NCBI RefSeq assembly: GCF_964355755.1
Contig: NC_092679.1
Location: forward strand, 23,233,432 to 23,297,431
DNA length: 64,000 bases
Origin: Antedon mediterranea
Taxonomy: Eukaryota; Animalia; Echinodermata
Direction: 5' to 3'
Positions 11,302 to 51,200 of the stretch are shown here, piece by piece. The notes below the pieces were generated by a model. It saw nothing but the letters and a program-made list of their open reading frames with translations. It ran no database searches and was not told the origin of the DNA. Position 1 is the stretch's first letter. Each line of letters begins with the position of its first letter. Made by a program: the position numbers and the translations under genes.

Positions 11302-14065
11302 TACTTGACTATTGCGAGATGCAAAATTCTTCTCTGCATGGCTCATTAATTAGTTTTGTGCACTTCTGCTAAAAAAAATTGATCATTGCATGTCACTGAG
11401 CATCAAAACAACCGTCAAGACGTTGACCTACAGGAAGTAAACTGCAAATAGACAGAATATGTCATTACGGAAATAACATTGTCAGCGCCAAAAGGAAGTT
11501 AGGGAGGTGGATATGGTTGATTTATTTTCGTTTTTAAATGCATGAATGAAATCTGTACCGGCAAGTGAGGGTACTAAATTTAGGCAATTATCAGAGTGTA
11601 AATAATCTCTGGGATTTATAAACTATAGATATTTATATTCAAGTAGTAAAGATGATTGTGTTTTAATTATAATTGAGTAATTATATCTTATTATATTAGT
11701 ATTCTGTTAATTAATATCATTCCCTCGGGGATGTCAAATCTTATATTTAACCTCTAAACAGTCAATATCTGTATAATATTAGTATTCTGGCGATACTTGT
11801 TATATATTTGTAGTTATTTATTTGTATGAGTTTTCACATTTGTATGTGTTTTCACATTTGCAGTTAATATTTTTAATTGGTGTGTGATTTAAAATAACAT
11901 CTAGTCATAACATTTGTGGATATGTTTTTACAATATGCTTTTAATTTTGATGTTTTTCATATTAATGGGAGTTTTCATATTTGGGCTTTTAACAATCTTT
12001 ATCAACAAACAACATTACAACTGATTCAATACAGAATTTTAATATTCAAATGTTTATATTTCATAAAATATATTGTATGAAAGACAATTATTTGCTGATA
12101 CATTCACTTTGTCATTTTTTAGAGGGAAAACTAAAAAATATATTTAAACTTTCCAAACACTATTGGTCATTAGATACCTGTTTCCATATAAAAGAAAAGA
12201 ACGGACTTAAAACCATGTTTATAAAGAACAGTATTTTTTGCCAGTATATTTCTTGAAAAAAATTCAATCTTAAAAAATGGGGAAACCCCCATTTGATTCT
12301 GTTCTAGATTGCCAGAAACATTTTTCAACAGTTTCCGTAGAGAAATTTGTAACTGCAACATAATCATAGATTTTAAATCGCCACAGAAGGTTAAATGAAT
12401 GGCATGAACATTTTGCTACTCCACTGTGGATAATAATAAAATCACCACCATACTAAGAAAATTGTTTTTTTTAAGGAACAATTTAAGTAACTAGTTTGGA
12501 AGAAAAATGCTAAAGTCAAGTTTAAACACATTGTGTTTCCAAAAGAAAATAATGAAAGATTAAGAACGTCTCAATTTGTGGTTGTTTTGCTACAATCACT
12601 GTCTTCTGGAGTAAAAACAAAGACAACATACTGAGTAAAAAACTGTCTTTACTGTTTTTACCATGCAAACGTCAAACAACAAGACAAGAATAACGTTCTT
12701 TGAAGTTTTTCTATAGAAACAGGCCTTTAAACACATGTGTGGATTATTTATCAGTATTAGATATCTGGGTCAACCGTTTCCACAAACAGTAAAGGCACCA
12801 ACAGGTTACAGATCTACAGTTTAACCATTTGTGGAAAATTTGCATAAACATCATCTATATCTTAAAAGAAAAAACCAAACCCTCACCATAACACAAATAT
12901 TTACTTTAAGTTAAAATAAAAACTTATTTAGGTTCCTGCCCAGAAGACATAAAAATACTTTTATAATATATTATTTATATAATTATATTATTTATAATAT
13001 TATAATTATTGTATTTATCATATCATTATCATTTGTATTTTGTTCAACAAATTCTTGTTTATTAAACTTTCTGCTTAATTATTGTTATATAAATTCATCT
13101 TGTTATTTGCATAAAATAATATTTACATTGTGATATATAACACCAAGTTGTGAGATTGTGTAGCTGTGTCCACACATACTAGAGTAAGCTAGAATAGAGT
13201 TAGGTTTAAGCTGATCCAGATCATATTAGAGTTAATAAATACAACCGACATAAGTGCTTGTGTTAAGATACCTGATATGTTTTATAGGTACAGTACATAC
13301 AACTTTCAGATTGCAACATTGATACACTTTTTACCGGTGTATTTTTTATGTTTGAATATAAACTATAAAGTATGGGGAAAAAGATTGTTTAGGGTCACCG
13401 TGACACACCTAGCAAAATGGTTATTACTGTATACAATTATTGTAGTATGTCTTAAGTTTAATTTAATTAGTTTAATAAATGAAGATGTCCTTACACAACA
13501 TAAAAGAAAGAATCTGATACAGTATACTCTTCATGAAAAGTGGTGCTATGAAAATGTTTAGTTTTTATTATGTGTGTATTCTATAATTAAAATTTGTCCC
13601 GCTATATCTTTGAAAGAATTGCAATATCTATGATAAGTAATTTTATGATATGATACTCATATCTACTAAACTAACCCAAACCAACATAATATTGCTTTAA
13701 AATGAATTTGTTTGCTGTCAAGGGTAAATAGTTAAGGAGAAAAAGAGAACAGAGCGTTTGATTAGCGATGACTGATGACCTAAGAACATGCTAGGTCATG
13801 TTTAGTCATTGTGCACGTTCATTCTTTGACATAGTTTTGGACAGACAGCGACTGATGACACATCAATGCATAGGTCATAGGTCGCTAGTTGTCACACATC
13901 AAAAGCTCCCTATTGTTACAGTAACACAAACAAAAGACTTTCATTTGGATACCTCTGCAGTCAGAAAGAGAAAGATTTTTAATTTTATTGAGGAATTTGT
14001 GTTTGGCAGCAAACAAACTATTTTAAAGCATATCTCCTATTACCATTAATTTTACCTCCAACAAA

Positions 14066-14228
14066 TACAGATGAAACCCTATTAAGGGGGCACATTTGGG
14101 AGCAACAGTGTCCTCATACTAGTGGCATAGCCTTGTTCCTATATTTCGATTCACTATTTCATGGGAAAGTGTCTCTTTAGAGGTGTCTCCTGAATAGGGT
14201 GTCGTCCCAAAGGAGGGTTCTACTGCAT
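14066..14228. mobile_element. Degenerate MITE (CAG..GAACCCT / AGGGTTCTACTG ends) directly after the PLEKHD1 12b stop
   Basis: Imperfect terminal inverted repeats and internal GTGTCYCC/GGGGCAC motifs; related sequence at ~58085-58281 and ~62320-62495. Confidence 0.5.
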
Positions 14229-14230
14229 AT

Positions 14231-39296
<25,066 letters not shown>

Positions 39297-39399
39297 GGTT
39301 AAATATCACAGAAATTTACTTCTCCAATATATAATGAAATAATGTTCATTCACCGGTGGGCAGGTGGTTCAGCATTGGTTTTGTTTATTCCATCTACGG

Positions 39400-39585
39400 T
39401 ACTCACTACTATCGTCTGCTACTAAGTTCGTAATAAAGTACCAGGGGTAGGAAAGTCAAGAAACTTCCGGGAGATAAGCTAAAAACTTGGTGGCGCTACA
39501 CTACACAAGTGAAAAACGTCAATACATCAACTCCTGCAACTCTCTTCTCTCTTGAACGTTTTCGTTTTCCGTCATTCCGACATAA
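39400..39585 (-). promoter_or_regulatory. Probable PLEKHD1 proximal promoter
   Basis: Lies immediately 5' of exon 1, where CpGs reappear; ETS-like ACTTCCGG at ~39463. Confidence 0.35.
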
Positions 39586-41814
39586 CGTATTCTATGATTT
39601 GTTTCCATATTTTTCTGTTTTTGGAAGGATGGTTTGTTATTGTGCTAAAATATTTCACTTTTACATGGCAAAATATAAGTTTGCTAGTATAGTATCCCCA
39701 CTGGTCATGTATCGGTGTTTCGTTATCGTAAAGGTCTGGTTGCAAATGTGGACCTTAGACAACTAAACAATGAATTACAAACACCATCACATTATTATTA
39801 GTAAATGCTATTTATTAGAGGATGATATCTCAGAGGACCTACGATAACTAGAATATTAAAACACCAAAAGCGTGTTCATTTTCAATCACATGTATTACAA
39901 AATATTTTCAAATTCATTAAAAAAAATTTTTTACACAAGTACGTTTGCAATACTATTATACAGACATTCCCGTATATTCAATGTGTTAATCGTCATTTAT
40001 TTTTATATTTTAAATAGCGTTATCAACCCAGATCAGGTACTGTAGGCTATAATATGCGTGCAGTATTAGTAGCAAAAATATGTATAACGAACAACCGTAC
40101 AACTCTCCCCAACCTCTTCTCTCCCTTCCCCTTAATAGAGATTACAATAAGGCTGAGATAAATGATGGTAGCCTACATTGGCCGTCTTAGAAATTATATC
40201 TGCAGATCACGTTATTTTACTGCAGTAACGTACGGTAAAATGTTAGTTTGTTTCGAAGACAGTCACTGTTATAAACAGTAACTGCAGTAGAGTAATTTTC
40301 TCTGAAGTTGGTTACCACTAAGACGCAACGCAACGGCGTACGTACACGTGCAACGCAAGTCATTTGACCAATCACAAGCGATGGATCATTTTAACTGCGA
40401 GAAATACATTTAATCCAATTTTGGTGGTTTTGATGATAAATACTCAAGGCCTGTACTGAGTACTCAAAGATAGAAATGACGTAATGGGCTTTACATATTG
40501 AAATGATAGGTTAAAGTAGGTCAGACTAGCTTGCCAAGAGGGACAGCAAACAGCATGAGAAGGGGCTGATCGACCGAACCAGGCCATGTCACTGTGGCTA
40601 GGCTGCTTTCGGGCTGATCGACCGAACCAGGCCATGTCGTTATGTCTAGGCTGCTTTCGGGTGGTGAATGTTTATTATTTATTATTTCTACTTAATTGCA
40701 CGGTAGGTAGATCATAACCTGGTTTCTTCTCAAAAGAGGTAGAGGTGATAAAATAATGTACTTCGAACACACCATTGCAACAAACCCCTAAAGAATACCA
40801 GAAATAGCTGGAAATCTATACTATACTACGAGAAGGCGTACTGCAGTAAGCGAAAGTGCAAACGTGTAGTTGCCTTTTAAACATGACAATATTTATTATA
40901 ATTTACAGTCTATTATAAAAAGTTGATTTACATTTTTATTTTTACATTTGTACATAATTATTAATCATCTTTGGATGTTATTATTTCAGGCGAATACATC
41001 ATCAAATATTATTGTATATCATAATTGTTGAAAATATTGTTTACTTCTAGAGTTTGGTTCCCATTGTGTTTAAGTCCGATTTGTCGTGTCTTCTATTGTT
41101 ACGTTTTCAGCACAAGTTACCGTTCTTCTGTTACGGTTTCCAGTAAATTGTTAAGATAACTTCTCAAAGGTCTACTTAGGTAGTTTACGTTTGTCTGTTC
41201 CCTGATAAAACAACCAATCATATGTTGACGTTCTCATGTTACGTTTCCAGCAAAAGTTCTCAAACTTTCTTAATCGAACAGACGTTTACATTATCCAGTT
41301 ACATTTACTCAAGTACCATTCAGTATTTGACGTTATGTTACAGTAATCAACGTATTACGTTGGTTACGTTCTGGATCATCTGACTCTTTACACTCAACAA
41401 ATGTTACATTCTCCAGCCTCAAAAAATGTTTTCTGTTACGGAAACTTTCTCATCTCTCCCTAATACATCTATAACCTTTCTACCGGACATTCAATCCAAC
41501 GTTATTGATATCTACGTCATCATTTTCTTTGGCACGTTCTCAGCCAATCAGAAGTGTAAACGCTTTTGCAAATCGAGTCACTAAAAACACATTTGCAAAC
41601 TTACACTGATCACACTATTGCTAAAATATAAATATTCCAAAATATCTTAACGACACTTTTCATTCAGAGACTCTAAAGCTTGGTTCACACTATGACGTAA
41701 CACAAGGACTTAAACGCAACCCAAGTGTGTTCACCAAGTTCGAATAATCCTTCGCTTGTGATTGATCACGTTCTTGTGTTGCGTATCTAGTGGGAACCAA
41801 GAATAACTAACGCA

Positions 41815-42254
41815 TCAGCTATGATTATAAATGTAATATATTACAATATTTAACATTAACAATTTTTGGTTCCAATTATTCGTCCATAGCGTGCATCCTT
41901 CGTTTATCGGTTCTTTTGTCCCACATTTTTCATCAGACGTTATTTTACATTCGCAGTAACGTTCAGAGTATCCTGCAGGACAGTCACATAAATGTCCCTT
42001 CGGACCTACTGCGCATGTCCCGTTATTTGCGCATGGGTTATATTCGCATTGTTCTAATTTGGTTTCACACCGTAAACCAGTGTAGCCGTCGTTACAAACA
42101 CACATTACGTTGTTGAGTGTCTCGAAACATTTGCCTCCGTTTAAGCACGTGTTCATGATGCACAGAGGTCTCATCGAGCAAGCCCGGCCGGCTGTACCGC
42201 GTGGACAGTCGCATGAGAATCCAAGTTGGCCTGGCGTCTTGATGCACTCAAGAC
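41815..42254 (-). CDS. Delta/DLK-like gene terminal exon (EGF6-8 + hydrophobic tail)
   Basis: ttacag|LECIKTPGQLGFSCDCPRGTAGRACSMRPLC...KLLMLNIVIYYIYNHS*. Confidence 0.9.
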
Positions 42255-45200
42255 CTGTAAATTAATTTTAAAAATGTATTACCGAACTACTTTAGGCCTA
42301 CATACTACAAGAATAAATCATCAAACAGCACACTATATTTAAACATTTACTTGCATCTCCAGAGTTTTGGAAAGCGGGAGGGGGTTGTATTCAGAGTGGA
42401 CTGGGGTACACATTTACAATTTGACCAAAACAAAATCTTTTTACTCAAATATTCATATTGTAATTTTAGATTTACAAAGGAAAAAAAAGCAAAAGTTAAG
42501 TTGGGTCATTCAACTCAAATAATCTTTATTTCGTCAAACAACTGGTAGATTGTGACGCGTTGTAATATCCTTAATAGTGACCTATGTGGCAGATATAGGG
42601 ATACACCAAATATTGAAATGATCAAAACATTATTTCCTGAACTACGTAAAATCTTTCCTTTCTTTATGTAGTGCTGACAACTGCAACAACCGTATGACGT
42701 AACCCTTTTCTTTTGGGAAGGCCGCCCTTCTCGATGAAGATCCTCGTCTTCAGGATCAAACGAACCAGAAAAAGGACAGACACAATATCGAAATAGATAT
42801 TTAAAGTAAATTGATATTTCTTATTCTTCTTCTCGTTATTTCACCTGCCTGTCCATTATGTAATATCTAGTAAATGGTTTCGTCCCATGACGTCAAAACT
42901 CGTTACTACAACATATTACTTTTCATCAGGCAACCTCTAAGGTCCAGCAGCTGCCAAAAGTGTTTCAATAATTGCTTCTTGAATCAGCCATCAGACTAAC
43001 CAGGCAACATATTTTAGCCAACATAAAACTTAAACGACTGGACCACTGCACATAATTGAATCACAGTCGCCGAGACTGCGTCGAAACTGTGCCAAACTCT
43101 TCGCGCAGGCGCACTTGAGATCACCGCTGTGATCTGATAGATATCAATTAATTCATTACTTTTCTAACTATACAACTGATGCTGTTGATTATAATTAAGA
43201 CTATTTTGATAGTGAACTCCCTCCGGAATAAACAAGACAGCTCATACTGTTTTGAAGCTTGAATTATGTGGCCAGAGGAATTCGGTTTTGCAGAATGATA
43301 ATATATTACAAAGGTATAAATGGTTGAATGAAGGAATACAGAATGTAGGCTGCTACAGTAGTACGACCTTTGTTTCAAGACGGTAGCCAAAGAAGGACGA
43401 ACGTTAAATCAACCAAATATAGTCCCGAACAAAAACTAAGTAAGATATGCAGATAAAATGTGAAACAGTAAAAACGCGTACATAAAATACATAGTAGGCA
43501 TAGAGCTTGATTTCTTTTGGTTGTTTAACTGGCAAAATGGTTCAACTTTGAAACTAATAATTTTCGTTCGGCCTTTACATGCCTGTGTATAATTTCATAG
43601 TTATTGGTATGAATACCTAGTTCAGCTTAGAGGGAGCTAAAGTTTTCTGTTAATAAATCCTTAAGTGAGAACGATTACAAATGATACAACAAGGCAATCT
43701 AACAGCAGGATGCTGAGATCCTTAGATTAAAGGTTTATCTGTGGCTGCGACACGATCGGTTCCACGCCCCTTAACAGATACCGCTCTCCGCAGAGAATAT
43801 ATACATACAGTAACTGTTGGTATTTGTCGCAACCAGGTATAAGATCAAAGGACTGCACGAGTTCCTATCTTGGCAAGGCGAGCTACTGTTGTTGATTGCC
43901 TCTTATACATGTAGAGAAATATATGTTTAATATTAATGTGGGCCTTCAGTCAGTAATATTGCGTACTACAATACAAAAAAACAACTTAGGCATGTGGTAT
44001 ACGAATTATGAGACAATTAAACTAATAGTGTAACTCGACTAACTTGAGACGAAACCTAACAAGAAACAAACAAAATCTTCGATCGCGGTCCAGATTGACG
44101 GGCATGCGCTACTGTTATTATAAATAATTATACATATTAGCCTAGATGCCGAGCTTGTAAATTAATTTCATTAACATAGTTTTATACAAGATATTATACA
44201 GTGTAATATCTAATATTCTGATTGATTATCGTTATATTAGCCTTTGCTACCGACAGGGCAAAATGAGAATTTAATTTCCAATAACACCTGGCGGTATGAA
44301 AGCGTCAGCTTTATGTTTACATTTCACACCTGTGAAAATGCTCCTCGCCTGGTGAAGACGGGATGGGATTCCCAAATTATGAGAACTAAAGAGTCCTGAC
44401 AGTCTATCGTGAACTTGTGCATTTGTAGATCGGAGGCCATTTGTAATGGCTTCCGATGGGCTGACTTTAGTATTGGTTCTAGACCGTATTTCGAATTAAT
44501 ATTTAAAAAAAAGATAATATTTTGGCACATAAGGCGTTTCATACGTATATTACTCATTTTCCAGAAAAAATCGAAACGCATGAAAAAGACAATAATACAG
44601 ACTTGGAGGAAAGTCTAGTCTGGCTTAAACCACGACTCACAAAAACACCAAACACACAAGACTATACAAAGTCAATACAAAAGTAAATGACTAGCCTTCA
44701 TCGCAACTTGATTCGGTGCACCGCATAAGCGTCTGTTCACATTGCTGCTTCTGTTTGCAGTCACATCTATATCCCTTTGATGTGTGAACGCATGTACTAT
44801 TCACAGGGCACGTCTTTTCTTGGCAGCGGCCTGTAAACGTTTCACAGTGAACACCCTCATAATCAATTGGACACAGGCAACCCATGCCATCCCTTGAATC
44901 CTTGTTAATAAAAGAAGTAAATGTTGTATTCTTTAACTATCAAACTAGTTTGACAACAAAAATGTGATGTGCCCAAATATGGTAGTGATATATCGTCATC
45001 GTGTCCATATGTGAGCACATCACATTATCACATAAAGTTTGATATAGTAGACAGAGCCTTATTCCACACAGCACACACCAGCAGAATAAACTCACGACGA
45101 ATAAAGTTAACATCCATACTCGTTTATGCATTACGTCATGAATTATTTACTCATGCATAACAGATTGTAACTAGCGCTATCGCAGCAACACTAATAGAAC

Positions 45201-48200
45201 TAATAACGCTTATTAGTGTACATTTTCTTTTTATATTAATTGCCATAGATGCTTAATTGTGCTACTCTTCGTTACGCATGATTAATTATAAGAATAAGTA
45301 CGGATTAAATATAAGAATAAGTACGGATTAAATATAATAATAAGTACGGATTAAATATAAGAATAAGTACGGATTAAATATAAGAATAAGTACGGATTAA
45401 ATATAAGAATAAGTACGGATTCAATATAAGAATAAGTACGGATTTAATATAAGAATAAGTACGTATTAATGTAATGGGAACACGTACGAGGACGTGTTCC
45501 CATTGTCCATTGGTGGTACGGATGGATAAGCGTATGTTATGCACTTGTAACACGTGAACATTCTTGACAGCATAATTTAGAAAACTACCTGCTGTATTAT
45601 GTTATTATATTTCTGATATTACATTCGTGATTAATAACTAATGATATGATTATGAATATGATGGTTCTCACAAAGTGAATTGAAAACAGTCGGATATACT
45701 TACAACACAAGTACCATTGTTCTTGCATTGTCCATTGATACATGATTCATTGATATGGTTTTGACAACGTATACCTGAATAACCTTCTGCGCATGTGCAC
45801 GTGAATCCCTGTTTTCCTAGACTATAGCACGTACCACCGTTCAAACACGGCACATTGTAATGACAATAACCCTTAGAATCTAAATTAACAAAAATCATTA
45901 TTTTAAGATATATTTATTTCTATGATTTATAAGTCTATTATTATAGTAATGTTATCATTGAAAAAGAATTATTATTTCGATTTCATTTGATCTGATTTCA
46001 AAGTGATTCTGTTCTGGGGGAGGAGAAGGTTAATGTTAGGGGAACGGGGTAGTATCCAGGAGATTACCCTTGAATAAAATAAAATTCACACTGGTTCTGT
46101 TTCACGGAATTTAAGACGTATTCCGTTCTTTTTCACGGAACGGAAGACGTATTGACGCTGTTAGACAGAAGCCGAATTATAATCCGCCTACCGCTAGAGA
46201 AAATAATGTTCAAATTTAGTTTTCCATTGCACGCTATCAACCTCGCATAATGTAGGCATGAGTTCAAGTCGGTTCCGAGAAATTAATGAACTGATGAAAT
46301 TGATTTATACACGCCCTATGGTATGAATCACATTTCCACGACGTATAACTGTAATAATTTAATATTATTAGCAATAGTAATAACCGTACTATAATCTGGT
46401 AGCGTAATTTACACTATCTATTTTAGTCAATAATTGAGATAGTGCCACACATATTGATATTTTTTTAAAGAAAATAAATCGTTTCATTCCATATCAATAC
46501 TTTGTAGTATTGTAATTATACTCCGATAGCCATTTTGAAAATTAATCATAATAAACTTAAACAACAACATTAGTGGATAAGCAACCAATCACATTAAAGC
46601 ATCTCGTTTGCCACAGAGACCTAAATTTGGCAAAAGGTCATGGATAAACACACGATCAATTGATATTTTGGCCCCAACGGCGTTTCATATAAACTAAGTA
46701 CTGTACTGTATTCATGTACATTTTCAGATTTCTTTTATGCTTAAAGCAATAGATTAGCATATCTCGTGTACTACGGTTACATAACTAATTGGTGCGTATA
46801 TCATGTTTGGTAATGTTTAATGAAATGTATTTGTTATGAAGATGATACTAACATTAGACCTACAATAACAGGCTTACTAATTTCATACAGCTTTATTTTA
46901 AACAAACATGAACAAGATACGAATTCTTATTACCGCCAGGTGATATTCAAAACATTATAATCTCGTTTTTCTTGTCAGTTCGTGAGTTATTATAGATAAT
47001 ACATCGGAATATTAATACATCAAGCTTAAGTTCAACTCTCCTCGAAAGGAAGACATTGTCAGTGTGTACTTAAAATATTATTCAAAATAAATTAAATACC
47101 GATAGATGATTTGAAAGAATCTGTATACCTTTATTTATTTGTATTCTTCTCATATTTTTTCATTTGTTTATTGATCATTTACAATGTTGATTTTTTTTTT
47201 TGTGTTGGTTTTTTTTAAAGTTGCCCTAACACTTACATACCACCGTAGTAATGTGTCTTGTAGGAATCTAGTGAGACAAATTAATTAATGGCGTGCGAAC
47301 TAAGTAACAACATGTTGTAACAATACATTCTTCGTGCCCAAAACATGCAACCAGTTTGATGTGTGTAGACAGAGTTTATTTGGTATTGCTATTCACTGTA
47401 GTTCATCATTTCGATATACCTACCTATATCACAAAACATTCCATGCCAGCCTGGGTTACATCGACATCCTCCGGGATTGATACAATAGCCGTTGACACAA
47501 TTTTGGCTAGGAACGCAAACATTGCATAGCTTACCGCCATACCCATCGTGACACCTGTAAAATGTAAAACAGCATTTTAATATATTTACTGAATTGACCA
47601 ATCAAAAGCGATAGATTACTCGAACTCTTGCCTTTGATTGGTCAACTTTTTAATTTAATATAGGTCTCTTTTATTTTGGCAAAAACTTTCGTACATAATA
47701 CCTGCATTTACTACCGTCACAAATCCCGTGATCACAATCTAAACAGTCTGAAAATAATTAAAAAGTAATTAAAGTATTATTATAGAGCATATATCACGTA
47801 TAAAATAATAATTAAATAATTTTTTCTATGAATGTCTGTTGTCATCACGCATTAATATATTAATAACGTGTTCATGTGTGAAAACACTTTTATCGTTTCC
47901 AGTTTATTATAGAGAAGGAAAACATAATAGATGATAATATATTCATGTTCAATCTCAAAGAACTGGTAATATAATGATTGGTGTTTAAATTAGCATTAAT
48001 GAGGGGTTATTATGAAGAGTTATTATAGTCGAGAAAGAACATTGAACCTGTTCCCCTTCTGGCTATGGTATATATTTGGCGCCCCTGCTTTTAACTGCTT
48101 GCCGACTCGACAACTTATTACTACTGTATATACAAAACCTTAAGACTATCTTAAGCGTGGTTCCCACTCGAACGCAACGCAGCGACGTATTGACGCAAAG

Positions 48201-51200
48201 TGTTGTATTACGTAATCACAAGTGGGAACCGACGATGCAACAGTGCTGCAAAAATCGGTTTGATTTCACGCAGGCGGGGGCAAATTATTGGAAGAGCATT
48301 ATTTTACGTTGCGTAGGTTGCGTTAACTAAGCTTTAACCAGGTTTTCTGTACTATTACAAGATAGATAGATACTGTATATGGGACTGCAACCTTCTAACA
48401 CAGAAGACCACCTCTCGTCTTTCACATAATGTTTAAACCAAATATATCGTGTGTCGTTTCTTATCAAATTATCATCAATTTACATCAGACAATAATCAAA
48501 GCCGATATTTCCAGCTGTTCAGCTTATTTTCTTTACATCATCTAGAACACTTTAAAAATTATACAACATTACTGGCCTCTGTTATCGGTACAATCTTGAG
48601 AAAATAATGTTACAACTCGGGTCACGTGCCAAAAAGTCGTTATGTGTCGTGCGTGTACGTATTAGACCACATGTCATTATACTTAGCGTTATGAAGATAC
48701 ATTTTTACAGACAACACAGTCAGATGAAGTTATAAAGATGAAGTTTAAAAAAAACCATATTTACATGACGTTAGAGACTTGTACAATTCAAAGACCTGTA
48801 TCCTAGTATTACGTGACGTAGACCTACGTCATTGGCTCATGTTTATCGACTTGCGTTATGCATTATATAAGATGTTCCATTTAAATCGACCCACAAGTTG
48901 AAAATCTCTCACAATTAGAAAACCTATCCGGATTGCGAACTACTGTATGCAAAAAAATGAATACGGTACAAAGTAGAACCTACAAACGCGCACGATTTTT
49001 GATTTAAATAGCCTTATTGACCGATTCTCTTTATACTGTTGTCATCTGTAATATAGTGTGACGCCTGTATCATAGGCCATCTAAACCTAGCGCTCTATCC
49101 TTAGTACAGAATGCAGGCGCAACATGTGACATATGTGACACTGTATTACGTAATTTGCCTAAGATAATGCCATGATGTGGAGATACGGTACAGAGAATCG
49201 GGTGATTCAAATATAAAATATTACCCAATTAATATAGTACTGTATATTCATTTCCAACAAATTATATCTTATTTCTGTGTAATGCAAGTGTCAATCAACC
49301 ATGACGTGATAATAGACAGGCAACACGTTGCTGGCACTCAAGGGACCTCCATTAATATACTAATACTCTACTATGATTTATATTAATATTTTATATAACA
49401 TAAATATCGATATTATTTGTGACAGACGGTAACATTCATATCATTAACATCAATAAAAAAACAACACAATTTAGTACAAGCTATACTACATGTTTTGATG
49501 AATCGAATAATTAATCGATCGATTGATCGATTGATTGATTTGATCGATTAGTATTCAGTGAATGATGGAATAATTCCAATTGATTGATTATTGATCGAAT
49601 GATTGACCTATTGATTGATCGATCAAGTGAGCGAATTATTGATTAATTGATCGACTGATTGACCTATTCATTGATCGATCAAGTGAGCAAATTATTGATT
49701 GATTAATTGATCAAATGATTGACCTATTTTTTGATCGATCAAGTGAGCGAATTATTGATTGATTAATTAATCGAATGATTGACCTATTAATTGATCGATC
49801 AAGTGAGCGAATGATTGATTGATTAATTGATCGAATCAGTAAATGTGATTGATTGATTGATTGAATAAATAAATGAATGATATTGCCATTCTCACATAAG
49901 ATACAACGTTTTGCTTACACTGCAAAAAGTAACAAACGATTTATACCGATGACATATCAAATAAAAAATTGCACTTTGCTTTATTTTAATTTATAGGCCT
50001 ATATCATTTTAAAATATATTAAAGTAATAAAGGGTGTAAAGATATATTTAAATCACCATACTTTGAAATTACTCGTCCCTACTTTGAACAAGCCATTATA
50101 GGCATTTATGTGTACAGATTATTTATGCTACTGCTTTAACGTTCAAATTCAAATGGTACAATGTACATTACTACATGACAAGATGATTTAAGATTGGTAT
50201 GAAGACATTACGCCCAAGGCGACCATTTAGAGATACTATTAATTGAAAGGGTAATGGGTGAACATTAAAATGATGACGTTTGTAGCCTAACATTTAGGCT
50301 TTAACCGTGATTCAAAGTATTCTGAATGTTTGTTTTAAAATAAAGGAGAAAACAAGCCAGTAAAAATGCCGAAGCGCAGAGATTCTGTAGAGTGAAAGCG
50401 ATCAGTTATCAGCATTACGATTTTATATCTAAGCGTAATGACCTTTTTAATCAATTCTCGTACGGTTTCATTAAAAAAATCCTGCAGTATCGTATCTGTT
50501 GACTGTAACATGGCCATACCATAGCACATAACTCATAAATATTAATTTAATAAAAATTGACCACGCTAAGGTTCGAAAAAAGGGTCTACCAATTGGAAAG
50601 CTGTATCGAAGCACCAATCTGGCAAACAAGCGTTGACATCGCTGAAGAAGAGGTTACCTGTTCTTTTCCCTAGACTCCTGGGAATTTATATACACATCAC
50701 ATGGGTCAGCCAGAATTTGGAAAGATGTTATTGGAAAGGTTCGTAATTGGGAAGAGGGGAAGGTGGTGTTTTAATGCGAGCTTATATAATAAGTAACATG
50801 AAATAATAATATGTTCGTTTCACAATTCTGAATTCTATGACTCGAAGATTACTCTTGTAAAACAACTGGTCAGAGTATTATGTTTCGCGGCACCACATCA
50901 ATTTAAGATACATGAATTAAAAAGCAATTACGACACAGTCAGATTTAAACGGCCAAATGCTACGATGAAGATTTAAGTGTAAGATTACGAACTCCCAAAG
51001 AGCCGTGCTCCTGTCGAACGCGCGAAACATTCATTAACAAGCGACGGCAATGATATTGGAATGAATTCCCCTTCCGTCTATCCCCACCAAGCAGTCCACA
51101 ACCGTTTTCGGGAATTTGGACTTCCCGGGTATATTTCTATGAAACTTTTGGTTGTTGGGGTTTAATTGTAGTGATCAAAAGTTGAAGGTTAGGTTAAGCT

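Noticed and set aside
41815-47747. Calling the EGF gene Notch, fibropellin or canonical Delta
   Set aside because: It has only 8 EGFs, and no LNR/ankyrin, CUB/avidin or DSL domain was seen, so no gene symbol is assigned.
50655-50700. Minus-strand TATATAAA followed by CAG|GTAACC, a possible alternative first exon of the Delta-like gene
   Set aside because: No ATG or signal peptide was found to link it to exon 47747; such motifs arise by chance in AT-rich DNA.
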